A DNA stretch of 64,000 nucleotides. Source: Candidatus Aenigmatarchaeota archaeon. GTDB taxonomy: Archaea > Aenigmatarchaeota > Aenigmatarchaeia > CG10238-14 > SCSR01. Below are positions 59,040-64,000 of the stretch, piece by piece. The stretch spans positions 1-64,000 of the forward strand of contig JAVZHQ010000002.1 of assembly GCA_038998335.1 (NCBI GenBank), read 5' to 3'. Both the position numbers and the translations under genes were made by a program. A model generated the notes under the pieces. The model did not search any database. It was not told where the DNA came from and was given only the letters and a program-made list of their open reading frames with translations. Numbering within the stretch: position 1 is the first letter of the stretch; each line of letters opens with the position of its first letter.

Positions 59040-61798
59040 GAAAAAAAATAAAATTTTTGATTTTTTTCTCGTTTTTACTTTTTTTAGTAATTTTTTTAAG
59101 TATTTCGAAGGGAAATATCTACACCGAGACTGGCTGCTACAAAAGCGGGGACAAGAGAACTTATGATTGCTGGGCAAGTATCTCCTATAGAAACCCTTGT
59201 ACCGAATTTTGTGGCTATGATGGTCCAAGTGGATGGGACGCAAAATCTTGCTGGATTAAAATTTGTATAGAGTCTGGTGCAGAGCCAATGCCGGAATGTT
59301 GTAATTATATCGAAGGATGCTCTCCATGCTGTATAAAGGGACAGTTTGGTGCGGAATGCGAAGTAGATGCAGATTGTCCGACTGATGGCTGGTATTGCTC
59401 TGGTTCGGTAAAGGAATACAGAGACTATTATTGTGGTAGCGTCTCAGGAAATTGTGAGTGTAAATACTCTACAAGCTCAAGGGAAGATTGCTCAGCAAAA
59501 TCTTCTTACAATACTGGTGACACTGGTGATCAACCTACTGTTGCTGGAGGATGTTATGACTATACTGGTTGCTCTGCTGGTAATTGTATAGGCTCTCAAC
59601 TAAATGAATACTGCTCAGGGAATTCTGTTTATGAATATTATGCAAATGGTGCGTCTTGTTCAGGCTACTGGAAAAACTGTGAAGATTACGAAAGCTTATA
59701 TTGTAATTCAGAAGATGGTGATATTTACAGAAACGAATGGCAATGCTCAGGTTCTCCGGGATATTGTAATGACGGAGCCCCAGATACAAAAATATACGAT
59801 TGTTCGAATAATTGCTCAGACTCAGATGGAGGAAGGTCATACTTTATTCGAGGAACTGTTACAGACAATAATTTATGCTCTTCTGGACAAACTTCTTGCC
59901 CAGTAACAACAAAAACAGATGAATGTATAAGCTCGACTGTTTTAAGAGAATATTTTTGCTCTGGAAATGATTACTCTTATGAAGATAAGGATTGTACTAC
60001 CTTAGGTTCTGGATATACATGCTCTAACGGAAAATGTGTAGAAACTATTCCTCCTACTACAACCATAACTCCTAATGGCCATGCTTGGACTAATCAAGAT
60101 GTAAGCTTTACTTTAACTTGCACCGATACTGGTTCAGGCTGTGCAAATACTTACTATAAAATTATAAACGACGGTGAATCTTGCGGAACAGGATTTTCAA
60201 CAGGAACCTCAGGAACTGTTACTTGTCCTTCAAACTCAGTTTGTAAAAAAAGAGTTTGTTATTATAGTATAGATAATAGTGATAATGTAGAGAGCATCAA
60301 GGTAAGTAATATTTTCTACATAGATAAAGAACCACCAAGCACACCTTCACCTTCAGTTTCACCTTCAGGCTGGACAAATGTAAACTCATTTAACTTCAGT
60401 TGGTCTGTACCTAGCGATGGATCTGGTTCAGGAATTTCAGGTTATTACTGGCATACTAATAATAACCCGGATGCTTGGACTACTTCAACATCATTACCTC
60501 AAGGAAGTTATGCCTATCAAGAAGGAATAAATGTTTTCTACGTAAAAGCAAAAGATATAGCTGGGAATGAAGGTCCTTACGGAAGTATTAATTATTACTA
60601 TGACAGCATTCCGCCAACTTTAATAAAATCTCATTCGCCTTTCAGACCAATAACAAATCAGCAAGTTTTATTTGAAGCAAACGCAAGCGACTCTTCTTCA
60701 GGATTATCTTGGATAAAAATTTATGTCGATGGACAAGAGGTAAAGACTTGCACTTACTCTGGAGAAAAAACTCTTCAAACTTGCAGATATATTGGTGGAC
60801 CGTATTCTTATGGCTTACATACTTACTATGCTGAAGCAAAAGATATAGCTGGAAACTACATAAGAATACCAGCTACAGGAACAAATACTTTTGATGTCAC
60901 AGCCTGCGGTAATGGAACCGTAGAAACAGTATATGGTGAAGAATGTGAACTCCCAAACACTCAAAACAATAATTATTGTGTAAACCCTCCTGATCATTGT
61001 GAATCTACTCCTGGAAAGTATTGTACTTATAGTGATTTGTACGGTAATTGTGATGAAAATTGTGTATGCGTACTTGATACTCCAACTTGCAAATGTTATT
61101 GGGGTGGTGACGGTGAAGGAGAAACTTATTGTAACGCTCAATGTGACTCAGATGATGACTGCTTACCAAGTTTAAGTGGAGATTATTGCTACTATAACAA
61201 AAAATGTTTGGAAGATTGCTCATGCTCAGAAGGAGATAAAATGTTTTGCCCTCAAACAGTTCCTTATTTTAATCCTAACACAAATACTTGCTACTATGGT
61301 GATAGGGGTTGTGACCAGAATGGATGTACCTTAAGAACTTGTATGCCTCAATCAAATGAAGCTTGTACACAATACGGATGTACTGGTGATATTGATTTTG
61401 ATTTAAAAGTTGGGGTAGAAAAACTAAGCTCAACAGTTGACCAAAAAATTTCTATAAAAGTTTATGTTAGAAACATAGGAAATTATGAAGATGGCTATAA
61501 ATTTGAATTAAAAACTACACAAAATGTCCAAGCAAAACTTTACGACGCTGAAATCAGAAATGTTAAACCAAACTCTTTAGTAACTAATACAATTGAAGCC
61601 AAAGTCTTGACCCAAACACAACATGCCGAAATTAATGTAACTGTTAGTTCTATTTTATTACCAGCGCGAAACAAAACAGCAGTGATAGGAATTAGAGCTG
61701 AAAAAGCAAACATGAGTGATTTAAGCACTTTTTCAATAATTTTGCTACTCTTAATTTCCATTTCAGTTTTAACTAAGGATGTCCTAAACCAAGAGTAA
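59033..61798 (+). CDS. Large Cys-rich surface protein with Ig-like domains and C-terminal TM
   Basis: Signal peptide, CSDSDGG and CGNG..E..EEC motifs, DIAGN Ig repeats; C-terminal domain paralogous to 56164-57978. Confidence 0.87.
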   Translation: MLRKKIKFLIFFSFLLFLVIFLSISKGNIYTETGCYKSGDKRTYDCWASISYRNPCTEFCGYDGPSGWDAKSCWIKICIESGAEPMPECCNYIEGCSPCCIKGQFGAECEVDADCPTDGWYCSGSVKEYRDYYCGSVSGNCECKYSTSSREDCSAKSSYNTGDTGDQPTVAGGCYDYTGCSAGNCIGSQLNEYCSGNSVYEYYANGASCSGYWKNCEDYESLYCNSEDGDIYRNEWQCSGSPGYCNDGAPDTKIYDCSNNCSDSDGGRSYFIRGTVTDNNLCSSGQTSCPVTTKTDECISSTVLREYFCSGNDYSYEDKDCTTLGSGYTCSNGKCVETIPPTTTITPNGHAWTNQDVSFTLTCTDTGSGCANTYYKIINDGESCGTGFSTGTSGTVTCPSNSVCKKRVCYYSIDNSDNVESIKVSNIFYIDKEPPSTPSPSVSPSGWTNVNSFNFSWSVPSDGSGSGISGYYWHTNNNPDAWTTSTSLPQGSYAYQEGINVFYVKAKDIAGNEGPYGSINYYYDSIPPTLIKSHSPFRPITNQQVLFEANASDSSSGLSWIKIYVDGQEVKTCTYSGEKTLQTCRYIGGPYSYGLHTYYAEAKDIAGNYIRIPATGTNTFDVTACGNGTVETVYGEECELPNTQNNNYCVNPPDHCESTPGKYCTYSDLYGNCDENCVCVLDTPTCKCYWGGDGEGETYCNAQCDSDDDCLPSLSGDYCYYNKKCLEDCSCSEGDKMFCPQTVPYFNPNTNTCYYGDRGCDQNGCTLRTCMPQSNEACTQYGCTGDIDFDLKVGVEKLSSTVDQKISIKVYVRNIGNYEDGYKFELKTTQNVQAKLYDAEIRNVKPNSLVTNTIEAKVLTQTQHAEINVTVSSILLPARNKTAVIGIRAEKANMSDLSTFSIILLLLISISVLTKDVLNQE

Positions 61799-62807
61799 AA
61801 GCATAAACTTCAAAAAAATCTCCATTATAAACGTTTATATAAGAGTTTTCACAACCTAAAGGAACTTTTGTCCCACTTTTTTCATGTTTATTAGAAGCCC
61901 AAAGCAATAACCATATCAAAATCCATTTTTCTTCGTTATTTATACCACCTTCTGAAAAATCTGAAATCCAAGCAGCTTTTCCATATTTATCGTTAAGAAC
62001 AACTGCTGGTGCTATCTCGTTAGCAGTAGTCTTAACATCAGCTTTCAAAAGAACTTTTCTCTCATCTTGTGCTATTATTTTATCATAATTTAAGAAATTT
62101 GAAAATTGATAGTTTTGACTGAAATTTACTCGCAAATATTTCCATGCTTCGTAAATGATATCTGAGGAACTTTCAGGTGCTCGAGAAAACTCTAAATGAT
62201 GAAGATTTGAAAGTGTTCCAACTCCAGTTGTTAACCCAAAAATTTCTCTATGTCCGGAATCTGCGTTAATTTGTGCATAAGTTATATCTGAAACTTCAAC
62301 TATTCCGTTACCCTCTGCCAAATATTTTTTCAAAGATTCAAAAGTTTCAGGAACGCTTAAGTCATTATACCCCCAGATTAGAAGGACATCAGAAACTGGA
62401 ATTAAAGTTAAATCAGAAGATTTGATCTCAAATTTTATCTCTCTTTCGTTTATTTTCAAGTCAGTTAATAAATTGGTTAAATCGTTTATCACGTTGGCTG
62501 GACATTTACATGCTATGGTAATTTTTTTCTTTATCGCATTTTCTGTTTCTGACCATTCAACAATAGAGCTAGGGATTATTTTTCTTTGGTAAAGAGTTTC
62601 TTTTAGTTCGTCAAGATTAAAAGAATACTTGTAAAGCTCGTTATTCCTTTCTATTGAAAGGATTATGTCTCTAGAAAGTAGACTAAGCAAAGCTTTATCC
62701 CAGTTATGTTGGAAAGAAATTGGAGGAAAGAAAAAATTAAAGAGTATAAAAATAATTATAGCTGCAGTAATCATTTCAACAACAAAAATAAAACCTTTAT
62801 TTTTCAT
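61773..62807 (-). CDS. Pilin-like protein with class III-type signal peptide
   Basis: MKNKG/FIFVVE then hydrophobic helix; in operon with a T2SS-F gene. Confidence 0.7.
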   Translation of the reverse strand: MKNKGFIFVVEMITAAIIIFILFNFFFPPISFQHNWDKALLSLLSRDIILSIERNNELYKYSFNLDELKETLYQRKIIPSSIVEWSETENAIKKKITIACKCPANVINDLTNLLTDLKINEREIKFEIKSSDLTLIPVSDVLLIWGYNDLSVPETFESLKKYLAEGNGIVEVSDITYAQINADSGHREIFGLTTGVGTLSNLHHLEFSRAPESSSDIIYEAWKYLRVNFSQNYQFSNFLNYDKIIAQDERKVLLKADVKTTANEIAPAVVLNDKYGKAAWISDFSEGGINNEEKWILIWLLLWASNKHEKSGTKVPLGCENSYINVYNGDFFEVYAFTLGLGHP

Positions 62808-63314
62808 TCACCACACCTGAACTATTAATTCAGCATAACCTCCTGAAGAAAAGGCTGCTATTCTTCTCACAGTTATGTTTGTTGCAGTAATAACAACTTT
62901 TGGAGGAAAACAGTTAATTAAAAGCTGGTTGTTTGATAAATCAAACAAAATCAAAGAAAAATCAAAGTCAGAACCAATCTTTTCCTTAACCTTGTAATAA
63001 TCCTGATTGCAAAAACTTTGAAGCGAATTAATTTTTGCTAAGTTTAAAAGGTTTGTTTTATTTTTTAAGTCGTCTGAAAGTCCAATTCTTTTAACCGAAT
63101 CTAACACAAGAGTTTCCCAGTTTGCTGGTTCGCCAAAATCGTTTATCAAAAGTTCAGAAATTTGATAAGCTTCCAATCTTTTTCTCTCACTTTCCATTTC
63201 CTGAAGATAAAGAGGGTAATATCTTAACAGTAAGAAAAAAATGTAAGCTACAAAACTTATAAAAATCCCCATAGAAGCTATGTACTCAACAAAGCTTAGC
63301 TCGCCCTTCATCAT
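62808..63314 (-). CDS. Pilin-like protein with class III-type signal peptide
   Basis: MMKG/ELSFVE then hydrophobic helix; GEPANW motif. Confidence 0.7.
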   Translation of the reverse strand: MMKGELSFVEYIASMGIFISFVAYIFFLLLRYYPLYLQEMESERKRLEAYQISELLINDFGEPANWETLVLDSVKRIGLSDDLKNKTNLLNLAKINSLQSFCNQDYYKVKEKIGSDFDFSLILFDLSNNQLLINCFPPKVVITATNITVRRIAAFSSGGYAELIVQVW

Positions 63315-64000
63315 ACTCCCATTATCCCGAAGTTTACAAGTATAAAGAAAGAGCCAAAAGTAATGATAGCCATTATAATGCTATGCTTAAGCCCTGCTAT
63401 AGCTGAACCTTCGCTAATTTCGCCTGCAACCAAACCACAAAATATTGATTCAACTATTGCCATTAAAAAGAACAAAGAAGTATAGTAAGAGCCCATGTTT
63501 TCCAGAGCTCTTATGTTACCAAGGTTAAAAACTGAGGCAATACTCCCTAAAATGTCACAAAAAACACAAGAAAGTTGAGAACAAAAAGCACAAGGGTTTT
63601 GCAACCCAATCATTTCTAATTGACCTACAGTTTCTACTTTAAATATAGGGACCATAAGCCTGTTTATTCCAACCACTATACCTATAAACAAAAAGTTTAT
63701 TATATACATGAGAACAACATATTGGCTTAACAAACTTTTCCTTTCTTTTTCGTAATCATCAAGAATTGTCATGTTTTCTGCAACAGTTTCTAGAGTAGAG
63801 ATTATATCTCCTCCAGAAAGATAAGCTTCTTTTATTATCTTGGAAACTACGGTAAGCCTTTTGCTTGCTCTAACTCTTTCTGCAAATTGATCTAAGACTT
63901 TGTCAAAAGACATGCCCCAAGAAATTTGAGATGCCATTTTTTTAATTTCTGGTGTAAGTTTTCCGTACTCATACTTGCTAGCTAAAATTACAGAAGTGTG
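63311..64000 (-). CDS. Type II secretion F / TadC-like pilus platform protein (5' end outside window)
   Basis: Frame open to the edge (YGKLTPEIKKMASQISWG), SGGD...LE, GLVAGEISEGS...GLKH. Confidence 0.9.
   Translation of the reverse strand, partial: HTSVILASKYEYGKLTPEIKKMASQISWGMSFDKVLDQFAERVRASKRLTVVSKIIKEAYLSGGDIISTLETVAENMTILDDYEKERKSLLSQYVVLMYIINFLFIGIVVGINRLMVPIFKVETVGQLEMIGLQNPCAFCSQLSCVFCDILGSIASVFNLGNIRALENMGSYYTSLFFLMAIVESIFCGLVAGEISEGSAIAGLKHSIIMAIITFGSFFILVNFGIMGV

Noticed and set aside
10659-61761. Many 60-150 aa ORFs nested in or antisense to long genes
   Set aside because: They overlap well-supported genes and have Phe/Ser/Leu-rich shadow composition.
1-64000. CRISPR array, rRNA, transposase/integrase, recoded stop codons
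   Set aside because: No regularly spaced repeats or such genes seen; conserved genes translate intact with the standard code.

Overview
AT-rich archaeal chromosomal segment; gene content and style suggest a DPANN archaeon, probably Aenigmatarchaeota-like (inference). The core holds housekeeping genes: LeuRS, a short AlaRS, an intein-containing IleRS, HisRS, ProRS, aIF5B, PurF, GMP synthase B, PINA, HerA/Rad50/Mre11, proteasome beta, aCPSF1 and three tRNAs, one with a non-canonical 33/34 intron. Both ends encode surface proteins. The left 8.5 kb is one minus-strand ORF (>=2850 aa, runs off the window, so absent from the ORF track) fusing an N-terminal winged-HTH domain via a TM helix to a giant Ig/beta-helix/LamG ectodomain, with a perfect palindrome between TATA box and start codon. 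The right end has Cys-rich surface proteins and a type IV pilus-like cluster. Other signals: similar short upstream ORFs with the cognate codon before four aaRS loci, an AbrB-type ORF reading through tRNA-His, a stand-alone TFB-type zinc ribbon and an orphan LysW. No CRISPR array, integrase, transposase or rRNA was seen.
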